A stretch of 64,000 nucleotides of DNA, from positions 233,616,001-233,680,000 of the forward strand of contig OZ024743.1 in NCBI GenBank assembly GCA_964016885.1. The letters run 5' to 3'. Shown one piece after another: positions 42,501-57,900 of the stretch. The notes beneath the pieces are model-generated. The model ran no database searches. It was not told the DNA's origin and saw nothing but the letters and a program-made list of their open reading frames with translations. The position numbers were made by a program, and so were the translations under genes. The stretch comes from Eledone cirrhosa (Eukaryota). Each line of letters begins with the position of its first letter. Position 1 is the stretch's first letter.

Positions 42501-44492
42501 AGCCAATGAGTGTCTGCACATGTACAAGTAATTACAGATCGATCCGACCACGGGCGGCCGGCCCGCGATTGAAAAGGTAACTCCGCCGGCAAATCGTCAT
42601 TTTTGGATTCGTTTTCTTCGAAGCACACCATTCGCCGGCGGACTTTGTTGACGTTTAACACGGTTTGGTTCCACAGCCACAACTATTGATTTTACGGAGA
42701 TATCTTGCTGAAATTCACGCCACACATAGCCAATGAGTGTCTGCACATGTACCAGTAATTACAGATCGATCCGACCACGGGCGGCCGGTTTGCGATTGAA
42801 AAGGTAACTCCGCCGGCAAATCGTCATTTTTGGATTCGTTTTCTTCGAAGCACACCATTCGCCGGCGGACTTTGTTGACGTTTAACACGGTTTGGTTCCA
42901 CAGCCACAACTATTGATTTTACGGAGATATCTTGCTGAAATTCACGCCACACATAGCCAATGAGTGTCTGCACATGTACCAGTAATTACAGATCGATCCG
43001 ACCACGGGCGGCCGGTTTGCGATTGAAAAGGTAACTCCGCCGGCAAATCGTCATTTTTGGATTCGTTTTCTTCGAAGCACACCATTCGCCGGCTGACTTT
43101 GTTGACGTTTAACACGGTTTGGTTCCACAGCCACAACTATTGATTTTAAGGAGATATCTTGCTGAAATTCACGCCACACATAGCCAATGAGTGTCTGCAC
43201 AGGTACCAGTAATTACAGATCGATCCGACCACGGGCGGCCGGCCCGCGATTGAAAAGGTAACTCCGCCGGCAAATCGTCATTTTTGGATTCGTTTTCTTC
43301 GAAGCACACCATTCGCCGGCGGACTTTGTTGACGTTTAACACGGTTTGGTTCCACAGCCACAACTATTGATTTTACGGAGATATCTTGCTGAAATTCACG
43401 CCACACATAGCCAATGAGTGTCTGCACATGTACCAGTAATTACAGATCGATCCGACCACGGGCGGTCGGTTTGCGATTGAAAAGGTAACTCCGCCGGCAA
43501 ATCGTCATTTTTGGATTCGTTTTCTTCGAAGCACACCATTCGCCGGCTGACTTTGTTGACGTTTAACACGGTTTGGTTCCACAGCCACAACTATTGATTT
43601 TACGGAGATATCTTGCTGAAATTCACGCCACACATAGCCAATGAGTGTCTGCACATGTACCAGTAATTACAGATCGATCCGACCACGGGCGGTCGGTTTG
43701 CGATTGAAAAGGTAACTCCGCCGGCAAATCGTCATTTTTGGATTCGTTTTCTTCGAAGCACACCATTCGCCGGCGGACTTTGTTGACGTTTAACACGGTT
43801 TGGTTCCACAGCCACAACTATTGATTTTACGGAGATATCTTGCTGAAATTCACGCCACACATAGCCAATGAGTGTCTGCACATGTATCAGTAATTACAGA
43901 TCGATCCGACCACGGGCGGCCGGCCCGCGATTGAAAAGGTAACTCCGCCGGCAAATCGTCATTTTTGGATTCGTTTTCTTCGAAGCACACCATTCGCCGG
44001 CGGACTTTGTTGACGTTTAACACGGTTTGGTTCCACAGCCACAACTATTGATTTTACGGAGATATCTTGCTGAAATTCACGCCACACATAGCCAATGAGT
44101 GTCTGCACATGTACCAGTAATTACAGATCGATCCGACCACGGGCGGTCGGTTTGCGATTGAAAAGGTAACTCCGCCGGCAAATCGTCATTTTTGGATTCG
44201 TTTTCTTCGAAGCACACCATTCGCCAGCTGACTTTGTTGACGTTTAACACGGTTTGGTTCCACAGCCACAACTATTGATTTTAAGGAGATATCTTGCTGA
44301 AATTCACGCCACACATAGCCAATGAGTGTCTGCACAGGTACCAGTAATTACAGATCGATCCGACCACGGGCGGCCGGTTTGCGATTGAAAAGGTAACTCC
44401 GCCGGCAAATCGTCATTTTTGGATTCGTTTTCTTCGAAGCACACCATTCGCCGGCTGACTTTGTTGACGTTTAACACGGTTTGGTTCCACAG
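29965..44492 (+). repeat. 32-monomer (7264-bp) direct tandem duplication: 29965-37228 and 37229-44492
   Basis: ORF-track translations match one for one from 30003/37267 to 37040/44304. Rare alleles recur at +7264: p157T 30121/37385, p21T 31347/38611, p220G 31546/38810 and p188T 33557/40821. Confidence 0.92.
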
Positions 44493-47400
44493 CCACAACT
44501 ATTGATTTTAAGGAGATATCTTGCTGAAATTCACGCCACACATAGCCAATGAGTGTCTGCACAGGTACCAGTAATTACAGATCGATCCGACCACGGGCGG
44601 CCGGCCCGCGATTGAAAAGGTAACTCCGCCGGCAAATCGTCATTTTTGGATTCGTTTTCTTCGAAGCACACCATTCGCCGGCGGACTTTGTTGACGTTTA
44701 ACACGGTTTGGTTCCACAGCCACAACTATTGATTTTACGGAGATATCTTGCTGAAATTCACGCCACACATAGCCAATGAGTGTCTGCACATGTACCAGTA
44801 ATTACAGATCGATCCGACCACGGGCGGTCGGTTTGCGATTGAAAAGGTAACTCCGCCGGCAAATCGTCATTTTTGGATTCGTTTTCTTCGAAGCACACCA
44901 TTCGCCGGCTGACTTTGTTGACGTTTAACACGGTTTGGTTCCACAGCCACAACTATTGATTTTACGGAGATATCTTGCTGAAATTCACGCCACACATAGC
45001 CAATGAGTGTCTGCACATGTACCAGTAATTACAGATCGATCCGACCACGGGCGGTCGGTTTGCGATTGAAAAGGTAACTCCGCCGGCAAATCGTCATTTT
45101 TGGATTCGTTTTCTTCGAAGCACACCATTCGCCGGCGGACTTTGTTGACGTTTAACACGGTTTGGTTCCACAGCCACAACTATTGATTTTACGGAGATAT
45201 CTTGCTGAAATTCACGCCACACATAGCCAATGAGTGTCTGCACATGTATCAGTAATTACAGATCGATCCGACCACGGGCGGCCGGCCCGCGATTGAAAAG
45301 GTAACTCCGCCGGCAAATCGTCATTTTTGGATTCGTTTTCTTCGAAGCACACCATTCGCCGGCGGACTTTGTTGACGTTTAACACGGTTTGGTTCCACAG
45401 CCACAACTATTGATTTTACGGAGATATCTTGCTGAAATTCACGCCACACATAGCCAATGAGTGTCTGCACATGTACAAGTAATTACAGATCGATCCGACC
45501 ACGGGCGGCCGGCCCGCGATTGAAAAGGTAACTCCGCCGGCAAATCGTCATTTTTGGATTCGTTTTCTTCGAAGCACACCATTCGCCGGCGGACTTTGTT
45601 GACGTTTAACACGGTTTGGTTCCACAGCCACAACTATTGATTTTACGGAGATATCTTGCTGAAATTCACGCCACACATAGCCAATGAGTGTCTGCACATG
45701 TACCAGTAATTACAGATCGATCCGACCACGGGCGGCCGGTTTGCGATTGAAAAGGTAACTCCGCCGGCAAATCGTCATTTTTGGATTCGTTTTCTTCGAA
45801 GCACACCATTCGCCGGCGGACTTTGTTGACGTTTAACACGGTTTGGTTCCACAGCCACAACTATTGATTTTACGGAGATATCTTGCTGAAATTCACGCCA
45901 CACATAGCCAATGAGTGTCTGCACATGTACCAGTAATTACAGATCGATCCGACCACGGGCGGCCGGTTTGCGATTGAAAAGGTAACTCCGCCGGCAAATC
46001 GTCATTTTTGGATTCGTTTTCTTCGAAGCACACCATTCGCCGGCTGACTTTGTTGACGTTTAACACGGTTTGGTTCCACAGCCACAACTATTGATTTTAA
46101 GGAGATATCTTGCTGAAATTCACGCCACACATAGCCAATGAGTGTCTGCACAGGTACCAGTAATTACAGATCGATCCGACCACGGGCGGCCGGCCCGCGA
46201 TTGAAAAGGTAACTCCGCCGGCAAATCGTCATTTTTGGATTCGTTTTCTTCGAAGCACACCATTCGCCGGCGGACTTTGTTGACGTTTAACACGGTTTGG
46301 TTCCACAGCCACAACTATTGATTTTACGGAGATATCTTGCTGAAATTCACGCCACACATAGCCAATGAGTGTCTGCACATGTACCAGTAATTACAGATCG
46401 ATCCGACCACGGGCGGTCGGTTTGCGATTGAAAAGGTAACTCCGCCGGCAAATCGTCATTTTTGGATTCGTTTTCTTCGAAGCACACCATTCGCCGGCTG
46501 ACTTTGTTGACGTTTAACACGGTTTGGTTCCACAGCCACAACTATTGATTTTACGGAGATATCTTGCTGAAATTCACGCCACACATAGCCAATGAGTGTC
46601 TGCACATGTACCAGTAATTACAGATCGATCCGACCACGGGCGGTCGGTTTGCGATTGAAAAGGTAACTCCGCCGGCAAATCGTCATTTTTGGATTCGTTT
46701 TCTTCGAAGCACACCATTCGCCGGCGGACTTTGTTGACGTTTAACACGGTTTGGTTCCACAGCCACAACTATTGATTTTACGGAGATATCTTGCTGAAAT
46801 TCACGCCACACATAGCCAATGAGTGTCTGCACATGTACAAGTAATTACAGATCGATCCGACCACGGGCGGCCGGCCCGCGATTGAAAAGGTAACTCCGCC
46901 GGCAAATCGTCATTTTTGGATTCGTTTTCTTCGAAGCACACCATTCGCCGGCGGACTTTGTTGACGTTTAACACGGTTTGGTTCCACAGCCACAACTATT
47001 GATTTTACGGAGATATCTTGCTGAAATTCACGCCACACATAGCCAATGAGTGTCTGCACATGTACCAGTAATTACAGATCGATCCGACCACGGGCGGCCG
47101 GTTTGCGATTGAAAAGGTAACTCCGCCGGCAAATCGTCATTTTTGGATTCGTTTTCTTCGAAGCACACCATTCGCCGGCGGACTTTGTTGACGTTTAACA
47201 CGGTTTGGTTCCACAGCCACAACTATTGATTTTACGGAGATATCTTGCTGAAATTCACGCCACACATAGCCAATGAGTGTCTGCACATGTACCAGTAATT
47301 ACAGATCGATCCGACCACGGGCGGCCGGTTTGCGATTGAAAAGGTAACTCCGCCGGCAAATCGTCATTTTTGGATTCGTTTTCTTCGAAGCACACCATTC

Positions 47401-50400
47401 GCCGGCTGACTTTGTTGACGTTTAACACGGTTTGGTTCCACAGCCACAACTATTGATTTTAAGGAGATATCTTGCTGAAATTCACGCCACACATAGCCAA
47501 TGAGTGTCTGCACAGGTACCAGTAATTACAGATCGATCCGACCACGGGCGGCCGGCCCGCGATTGAAAAGGTAACTCCGCCGGCAAATCGTCATTTTTGG
47601 ATTCGTTTTCTTCGAAGCACACCATTCGCCGGCGGACTTTGTTGACGTTTAACACGGTTTGGTTCCACAGCCACAACTATTGATTTTACGGAGATATCTT
47701 GCTGAAATTCACGCCACACATAGCCAATGAGTGTCTGCACATGTACCAGTAATTACAGATCGATCCGACCACGGGCGGTCGGTTTGCGATTGAAAAGGTA
47801 ACTCCGCCGGCAAATCGTCATTTTTGGATTCGTTTTCTTCGAAGCACACCATTCGCCGGCTGACTTTGTTGACGTTTAACACGGTTTGGTTCCACAGCCA
47901 CAACTATTGATTTTACGGAGATATCTTGCTGAAATTCACGCCACACATAGCCAATGAGTGTCTGCACATGTACCAGTAATTACAGATCGATCCGACCACG
48001 GGCGGTCGGTTTGCGATTGAAAAGGTAACTCCGCCGGCAAATCGTCATTTTTGGATTCGTTTTCTTCGAAGCACACCATTCGCCGGCGGACTTTGTTGAC
48101 GTTTAACACGGTTTGGTTCCACAGCCACAACTATTGATTTTACGGAGATATCTTGCTGAAATTCACGCCACACATAGCCAATGAGTGTCTGCACATGTAT
48201 CAGTAATTACAGATCGATCCGACCACGGGCGGCCGGCCCGCGATTGAAAAGGTAACTCCGCCGGCAAATCGTCATTTTTGGATTCGTTTTCTTCGAAGCA
48301 CACCATTCGCCGGCGGACTTTGTTGACGTTTAACACGGTTTGGTTCCACAGCCACAACTATTGATTTTACGGAGATATCTTGCTGAAATTCACGCCACAC
48401 ATAGCCAATGAGTGTCTGCACATGTACAAGTAATTACAGATCGATCCGACCACGGGCGGCCGGCCCGCGATTGAAAAGGTAACTCCGCCGGCAAATCGTC
48501 ATTTTTGGATTCGTTTTCTTCGAAGCACACCATTCGCCGGCGGACTTTGTTAACGTTTAACACGGTTTGGTTCCACAGCCACAACTATTGATTTTACGGA
48601 GATATCTTGCTGAAATTCACGCCACACATAGCCAATGAGTGTCTGCACATGTACCAGTAATTACAGATCGATCCGACCACGGGCGGCCGGTTTGCGATTG
48701 AAAAGGTAACTCCGCCGGCAAATCGTCATTTTTGGATTCGTTTTCTTCGAAGCACACCATTCGCCGGCGGACTTTGTTGACGTTTAACACGGTTTGGTTC
48801 CACAGCCACAACTATTGATTTTACGGAGATATCTTGCTGAAATTCACGCCACACATAGCCAATGAGTGTCTGCACATGTACCAGTAATTACAGATCGATC
48901 CGACCACGGGCGGTCGGTTTGCGATTGAAAAGGTAACTCCGCCGGCAAATCGTCATTTTTGGATTCGTTTTCTTCGAAGCACACCATTCGCCAGCTGACT
49001 TTGTTGACGTTTAACACGGTTTGGTTCCACAGCCACAACTATTGATTTTAAGGAGATATCTTGCTGAAATTCACGCCACACATAGCCAATGAGTGTCTGC
49101 ACAGGTACCAGTAATTACAGATCGATCCGACCACGGGCGGCCGGTTTGCGATTGAAAAGGTAACTCCGCCGGCAAATCGTCATTTTTGGATTCGTTTTCT
49201 TCGAAGCACACCATTCGCCGGCGGACTTTGTTGACGTTTAACACGGTTTGGTTCCACAGCCACAACTATTGATTTTACGGAGATATCTTGCTGAAATTCA
49301 CGCCACACATAGCCAATGAGTGTCTGCACATGTACCAGTAATTACAGATCGATCCGACCACGGGCGGTCGGTTTGCGATTGAAAAGGTAACTCCGCCGGC
49401 AAATCGTCATTTTTGGATTCGTTTTCTTCGAAGCACACCATTCGCCAGCTGACTTTGTTGACGTTTAACACGGTTTGGTTCCACAGCCACAACTATTGAT
49501 TTTAAGGAGATATCTTGCTGAAATTCACGCCACACATAGCCAATGAGTGTCTGCACAGGTACCAGTAATTACAGATCGATCCGACCACGGGCGGCCGGTT
49601 TGCGATTGAAAAGGTAACTCCGCCGGCAAATCGTCATTTTTGGATTCGTTTTCTTCGAAGCACACCATTCGCCGGCGGACTTTGTTGACGTTTAACACGG
49701 TTTGGTTCCACAGCCACAACTATTGATTTTACGGAGATATCTTGCTGAAATTCACGCCACACATAGCCAATGAGTGTCTGCACATGTACCAGTAATTACA
49801 GATCGATCCGACCACGGGCGGCCGGCCCGCGATTGGAAAGGTAACTCCGCCGGCAAATCGTCATTTTTGGATTCGTTTTCTTCGAAGCACACCATTCGCC
49901 GGCGGACTTTGTTGACGTTTAACACGGTTTGGTTCCACAGCCACAACTATTGATTTTACGGAGATATCTTGCTGAAATTCACGCCACACATAGCCAATGA
50001 GTGTCTGCACATGTATCAGTAATTACAGATCGATCCGACCACGGGCGGCCGGCCCGCGATTGAAAAGGTAACTCCGCCGGCAAATCGTCATTTTTGGATT
50101 CGTTTTCTTCGAAGCACACCATTCGCCGGCGGACTTTGTTGACGTTTAACACGGTTTGGTTCCACAGCCACAACTATTGATTTTACGGAGATATCTTGCT
50201 GAAATTCACGCCACACATAGCCAATGAGTGTCTGCACATGTACAAGTAATTACAGATCGATCCGACCACGGGCGGCCGGCCCGCGATTGAAAAGGTAACT
50301 CCGCCGGCAAATCGTCATTTTTGGATTCGTTTTCTTCGAAGCACACCATTCGCCGGCGGACTTTGTTGACGTTTAACACGGTTTGGTTCCACAGCCACAA

Positions 50401-50621
50401 CTATTGATTTTACGGAGATATCTTGCTGAAATTCACGCCACACATAGCCAATGAGTGTCTGCACATGTACCAGTAATTACAGATCGATCCGACCACGGGC
50501 GGCCGGCCCGCGATTGAAAAGGTAACTCCGCCGGCAAATCGTCATTTTTGGATTCGTTTTCTTCGAAGCACACCATTCGCCGGCGGACTTTGTTGACGTT
50601 TAACACGGTTTGGTTCCACAG

Positions 50622-53600
50622 CCACAACTATTGATTTTACGGAGATATCTTGCTGAAATTCACGCCACACATAGCCAATGAGTGTCCGCACATGTACCAG
50701 TAATTACAGATCGATCCGACCACGGGCGGTCGGTTTGCGATTGAAAAGGTAACTCCGCCGGCAAATCGTCATTTTTGGATTCGTTTTCTTCGAAGCACAC
50801 CATTCGCCGGCTGACTTTGTTGACGTTTAACACGGTTTGGTTCCACAGCCACAACTATTGATTTTACGGAGATATCTTGCTGAAATTCACGCCACACATA
50901 GCCAATGAGTGTCTGCACATGTACCAGTAATTACAGATCGATCCGACGACGGGCGGTCGGTTTGCGATTGAAAAGGTAACTCCGCCGGCAAATCGTCATT
51001 TTTGGATTCGTTTTCTTCGAAGCACACCATTCGCCGGCGGACTTTGTTGACGTTTAACACGGTTTGGTTCCACAGCCACAACTATTGATTTTACGGAGAT
51101 ATCTTGCTGAAATTCACGCCACACATAGCCAATGAGTGTCTGCACATGTACAAGTAATTACAGATCGATCCGACCACGGGCGGCCGGCCCGCGATTGAAA
51201 AGGTAACTCCGCCGGCAAATCGTCATTTTTGGATTCGTTTTCTTCGAAGCACACCATTCGCCGGCGGACTTTGTTGACGTTTAACACGGTTTGGTTCCAC
51301 AGCCACAACTATTGATTTTACGGAGATATCTTGCTGAAATTCACGCCACACATAGCCAATGAGTGTCTGCACATGTACCAGTAATTACAGATCGATCCGA
51401 CCACGGGCGGCCGGCCCGCGATTGAAAAGGTAACTCCGCCGGCAAATCGTCATTTTTGGATTCGTTTTCTTCGAAGCACACCATTCGCCGGCGGACTTTG
51501 TTGACGTTTAACACGGTTTGGTTCCACAGCCACAACTATTGATTTTACGGAGATATCTTGCTGAAATTCACGCCACACATAGCCAATGAGTCTCTGCACA
51601 TGTACCATTAATTACAGATCGATCCGACCACGGGCGGTCGGTTTGCGATTGAAAAGGTAACTCCGCCGGCAAATCGTCATTTTTGGATTCGTTTTCTTCG
51701 AAGCACACCATTCGCCGGCTGACTTTGTTGACGTTTAACACGGTTTGGTTCCACAGCCACAACTATTGATTTTACGGAGATATCTTGCTGAAATTCACGC
51801 CACACATAGCCAATGAGTGTCCGCACATGTACCAGTAATTACAGATCGATCCGACCACGGGCGGTCGGTTTGCGATTGAAAAGGTAACTCCGCCGGCAAA
51901 TCGTCATTTTTGGATTCGTTTTCTTCGAAGCACACCATTCGCCGGCTGACTTTGTTGACGTTTAACACGGTTTGGTTCCACAGCCACAACTATTGATTTT
52001 ACGGAGATATCTTGCTGAAATTCACGCCACACATAGCCAATGAGTGTCTGCACATGTACCAGTAATTACAGATCGATCCGACCACGGGCGGTCGGTTTGC
52101 GATTGAAAAGGTAACTCCGCCGGCAAATCGTCATTTTTGGATTCGTTTTCTTCGAAGCACACCATTCGCCGGCGGACTTTGTTGACGTTTAACACGGTTT
52201 GGTTCCACAGCCACAACTATTGATTTTACGGAGATATCTTGCTGAAATTCACGCCACACATAGCCAATGAGTGTCTGCACATGTATCAGTAATTACAGAT
52301 CGATCCGACCACGGGCGGCCGGCCCGCGATTGAAAAGGTAACTCCGCCGGCAAATCGTCATTTTTGGATTCGTTTTCTTCGAAGCACACCATTCGCCGGC
52401 GGACTTTGTTGACGTTTAACACGGTTTGGTTCCACAGCCACAACTATTGATTTTACGGAGATATCTTGCTGAAATTCACGCCACACATAGCCAATGAGTG
52501 TCTGCACATGTACAAGTAATTACAGATCGATCCGACCACGGGCGGCCGGCCCGCGATTGAAAAGGTAACTCCGCCGGCAAATCGTCATTTTTGGATTCGT
52601 TTTCTTCGAAGCACACCATTCGCCGGCGGACTTTGTTGACGTTTAACACGGTTTGGTTCCACAGCCACAACTATTGATTTTACGGAGATATCTTGCTGAA
52701 ATTCACGCCACACATAGCCAATGAGTGTCTGCACATGTACAAGTAATTACAGATCGATCCGACCACGGGCGGCCGGCCCGCGATTGAAAAGGTAACTCCG
52801 CCGGCAAATCGTCATTTTTGGATTCGTTTTCTTCGAAGCACACCATTCGCCGGCGGACTTTGTTGACGTTTAACACGGTTTGGTTCCACAGCCACAACTA
52901 TTGATTTTACGGAGATATCTTGCTGAAATTCACGCCACACATAGCCAATGAGTGTCCGCACATGTACCAGTAATTACAGATCGATCCGACCACGGGCGGT
53001 CGGTTTGCGATTGAAAAGGTAACTCCGCCGGCAAATCGTCATTTTTGGATTCGTTTTCTTCGAAGCACACCATTCGCCGGCTGACTTTGTTGACGTTTAA
53101 CACGGTTTGGTTCCACAGCCACAACTATTGATTTTACGGAGATATCTTGCTGAAATTCACGCCACACATAGCCAATGAGTGTCTGCACATGTACCAGTAA
53201 TTACAGATCGATCCGACGACGGGCGGTCGGTTTGCGATTGAAAAGGTAACTCCGCCGGCAAATCGTCATTTTTGGATTCGTTTTCTTCGAAGCACACCAT
53301 TCGCCGGCGGACTTTGTTGACGTTTAACACGGTTTGGTTCCACAGCCACAACTATTGATTTTACGGAGATATCTTGCTGAAATTCACGCCACACATAGCC
53401 AATGAGTGTCTGCACATGTACAAGTAATTACAGATCGATCCGACCACGGGCGGCCGGCCCGCGATTGAAAAGGTAACTCCGCCGGCAAATCGTCATTTTT
53501 GGATTCGTTTTCTTCGAAGCACACCATTCGCCGGCGGACTTTGTTGACGTTTAACACGGTTTGGTTCCACAGCCACAACTATTGATTTTACGGAGATATC

Positions 53601-54934
53601 TTGCTGAAATTCACGCCACACATAGCCAATGAGTGTCTGCACATGTACCAGTAATTACAGATCGATCCGACCACGGGCGGCCGGCCCGCGATTGAAAAGG
53701 TAACTCCGCCGGCAAATCGTCATTTTTGGATTCGTTTTCTTCGAAGCACACCATTCGCCGGCGGACTTTGTTGACGTTTAACACGGTTTGGTTCCACAGC
53801 CACAACTATTGATTTTACGGAGATATCTTGCTGAAATTCACGCCACACATAGCCAATGAGTCTCTGCACATGTACCATTAATTACAGATCGATCCGACCA
53901 CGGGCGGTCGGTTTGCGATTGAAAAGGTAACTCCGCCGGCAAATCGTCATTTTTGGATTCGTTTTCTTCGAAGCACACCATTCGCCGGCTGACTTTGTTG
54001 ACGTTTAACACGGTTTGGTTCCACAGCCACAACTATTGATTTTACGGAGATATCTTGCTGAAATTCACGCCACACATAGCCAATGAGTGTCCGCACATGT
54101 ACCAGTAATTACAGATCGATCCGACCACGGGCGGTCGGTTTGCGATTGAAAAGGTAACTCCGCCGGCAAATCGTCATTTTTGGATTCGTTTTCTTCGAAG
54201 CACACCATTCGCCGGCTGACTTTGTTGACGTTTAACACGGTTTGGTTCCACAGCCACAACTATTGATTTTACGGAGATATCTTGCTGAAATTCACGCCAC
54301 ACATAGCCAATGAGTGTCTGCACATGTACCAGTAATTACAGATCGATCCGACCACGGGCGGTCGGTTTGCGATTGAAAAGGTAACTCCGCCGGCAAATCG
54401 TCATTTTTGGATTCGTTTTCTTCGAAGCACACCATTCGCCGGCGGACTTTGTTGACGTTTAACACGGTTTGGTTCCACAGCCACAACTATTGATTTTACG
54501 GAGATATCTTGCTGAAATTCACGCCACACATAGCCAATGAGTGTCTGCACATGTATCAGTAATTACAGATCGATCCGACCACGGGCGGCCGGCCCGCGAT
54601 TGAAAAGGTAACTCCGCCGGCAAATCGTCATTTTTGGATTCGTTTTCTTCGAAGCACACCATTCGCCGGCGGACTTTGTTGACGTTTAACACGGTTTGGT
54701 TCCACAGCCACAACTATTGATTTTACGGAGATATCTTGCTGAAATTCACGCCACACATAGCCAATGAGTGTCTGCACATGTACAAGTAATTACAGATCGA
54801 TCCGACCACGGGCGGCCGGCCCGCGATTGAAAAGGTAACTCCGCCGGCAAATCGTCATTTTTGGATTCGTTTTCTTCGAAGCACACCATTCGCCGGCGGA
54901 CTTTGTTGACGTTTAACACGGTTTGGTTCCACAG
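50622..54934 (+). repeat. Block duplication at a 10-monomer (2270-bp) offset: monomers 224-232 and 234-242
   Basis: The private p100 C>G allele was seen only at 50948 and 53218. Monomer order matches for ORFs 50660-52476 versus 52930-54746. Confidence 0.88.
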
Positions 54935-57900
54935 CCACAACTATTGATTTTACGGAGATATCTTGCTGAAATTCACGCCACACATAGCCAATGAGTGTCT
55001 GCACATGTACCAGTAATTACAGATCGATCCGACCACGGGCGGCCGGCCCGCGATTGAAAAGGTAACTCCGCCGGCAAATCGTCATTTTTGGATTCGTTTT
55101 CTTCGAAGCACACCATTCGCCGGCGGACTTTGTTGACGTTTAACACGGTTTGGTTCCACAGCCACAACTATTGATTTTACGGAGATATCTTGCTGAAATT
55201 CACGCCACACATAGCCAATGAGTGTCCGCACATGTACCAGTAATTACAGATCGATCCGACCACGGGCGGTCGGTTTGCGATTGAAAAGGTAACTCCGCCG
55301 GCAAATCGTCATTTTTGGATTCGTTTTCTTCGAAGCACACCATTCGCCGGCTGACTTTGTTGACGTTTAACACGGTTTGGTTCCACAGCCACAACTATTG
55401 ATTTTAAGGAGATATCTTGCTGAAATTCACGCCACACATAGCCAATGAGTGTCTGCACATGTATCAGTAATTACAGATCGATCCGACCACGGGCGGCCGG
55501 CCCGCGATTGAAAAGGTAACTCCGCCGGCAAATCGTCATTTTTGGATTCGTTTTCTTCGAAGCACACCATTCGCCGGCGGACTTTGTTGACGTTTAACAC
55601 GGTTTGGTTCCACAGCCACAACTATTGATTTTACGGAGATATCTTGCTGAAATTCACGCCACACATAGCCAATGAGTGTCTGCACATGTACAAGTAATTA
55701 CAGATCGATCCGACCACGGGCGGCCGGCCCGCGATTGAAAAGGTAACTCCGCCGGCAAATCGTCATTTTTGGATTCGTTTTCTTCGAAGCACACCATTCG
55801 CCGGCGGACTTTGTTGACGTTTAACACGGTTTGGTTCCACAGCCACAACTATTGATTTTACGGAGATATCTTGCTGAAATTCACGCCACACATAGCCAAT
55901 GAGTGTCTGCACATGTACCAGTAATTACAGATCGATCCGACCACGGGCGGCCGGCCCGCGATTGAAAAGGTAACTCCGCCGGCAAATCGTCATTTTTGGA
56001 TTCGTTTTCTTCGAAGCACACCATTCGCCGGCGGACTTTGTTGACGTTTAACACGGTTTGGTTCCACAGCCACAACTATTGATTTTACGGAGATATCTTG
56101 CTGAAATTCACGCCACACATAGCCAATGAGTGTCTGCACATGTACCAGTAATTACAGATCGATCCGACCACGGGCGGCCGGCCCGCGATTGAAAAGGTAA
56201 CTCCGCCGGCAAATCGTCATTTTTGGATTCGTTTTCTTCGAAGCACACCATTCGCCGGCGGACTTTGTTGACGTTTAACACGGTTTGGTTCCACAGCCAC
56301 AACTATTGATTTTACGGAGATATCTTGCTGAAATTCACGCCACACATAGCCAATGAGTCTCTGCACATGTACCATTAATTACAGATCGATCCGACCACGG
56401 GCGGTCGGTTTGCGATTGAAAAGGTAACTCCGCCGGCAAATCGTCATTTTTGGATTCGTTTTCTTCGAAGCACACCATTCGCCGGCTGACTTTGTTGACG
56501 TTTAACACGGTTTGGTTCCACAGCCACAACTATTGATTTTACGGAGATATCTTGCTGAAATTCACGCCACACATAGCCAATGAGTGTCCGCACATGTACC
56601 AGTAATTACAGATCGATCCGACCACGGGCGGTCGGTTTGCGATTGAAAAGGTAACTCCGCCGGCAAATCGTCATTTTTGGATTCGTTTTCTTCGAAGCAC
56701 ACCATTCGCCGGCTGACTTTGTTGACGTTTAACACGGTTTGGTTCCACAGCCACAACTATTGATTTTACGGAGATATCTTGCTGAAATTCACGCCACACA
56801 TAGCCAATGAGTGTCTGCACATGTACCAGTAATTACAGATCGATCCGACCACGGGCGGTCGGTTTGCGATTGAAAAGGTAACTCCGCCGGCAAATCGTCA
56901 TTTTTGGATTCGTTTTCTTCGAAGCACACCATTCGCCGGCGGACTTTGTTGACGTTTAACACGGTTTGGTTCCACAGCCACAACTATTGATTTTACGGAG
57001 ATATCTTGCTGAAATTCACGCCACACATAGCCAATGAGTGTCTGCACATGTATCAGTAATTACAGATCGATCCGACCACGGGCGGCCGGCCCGCGATTGA
57101 AAAGGTAACTCCGCCGGCAAATCGTCATTTTTGGATTCGTTTTCTTCGAAGCACACCATTCGCCGGCGGACTTTGTTGACGTTTAACACGGTTTGGTTCC
57201 ACAGCCACAACTATTGATTTTACGGAGATATCTTGCTGAAATTCACGCCACACATAGCCAATGAGTGTCTGCACATGTACAAGTAATTACAGATCGATCC
57301 GACCACGGGCGGCCGGCCCGCGATTGAAAAGGTAACTCCGCCGGCAAATCGTCATTTTTGGATTCGTTTTCTTCGAAGCACACCATTCGCCGGCGGACTT
57401 TGTTGACGTTTAACACGGTTTGGTTCCACAGCCACAACTATTGATTTTACGGAGATATCTTGCTGAAATTCACGCCACACATAGCCAATGAGTGTCTGCA
57501 CATGTACCAGTAATTACAGATCGATCCGACCACGGGCGGCCGGCCCGCGATTGAAAAGGTAACTCCGCCGGCAAATCGTCATTTTTGGATTCGTTTTCTT
57601 CGAAGCACACCATTCGCCGGCGGACTTTGTTGACGTTTAACACGGTTTGGTTCCACAGCCACAACTATTGATTTTACGGAGATATCTTGCTGAAATTCAC
57701 GCCACACATAGCCAATGAGTGTCCGCACATGTACCAGTAATTACAGATCGATCCGACCACGGGCGGTCGGTTTGCGATTGAAAAGGTAACTCCGCCGGCA
57801 AATCGTCATTTTTGGATTCGTTTTCTTCGAAGCACACCATTCGCCGGCTGACTTTGTTGACGTTTAACACGGTTTGGTTCCACAGCCACAACTATTGATT

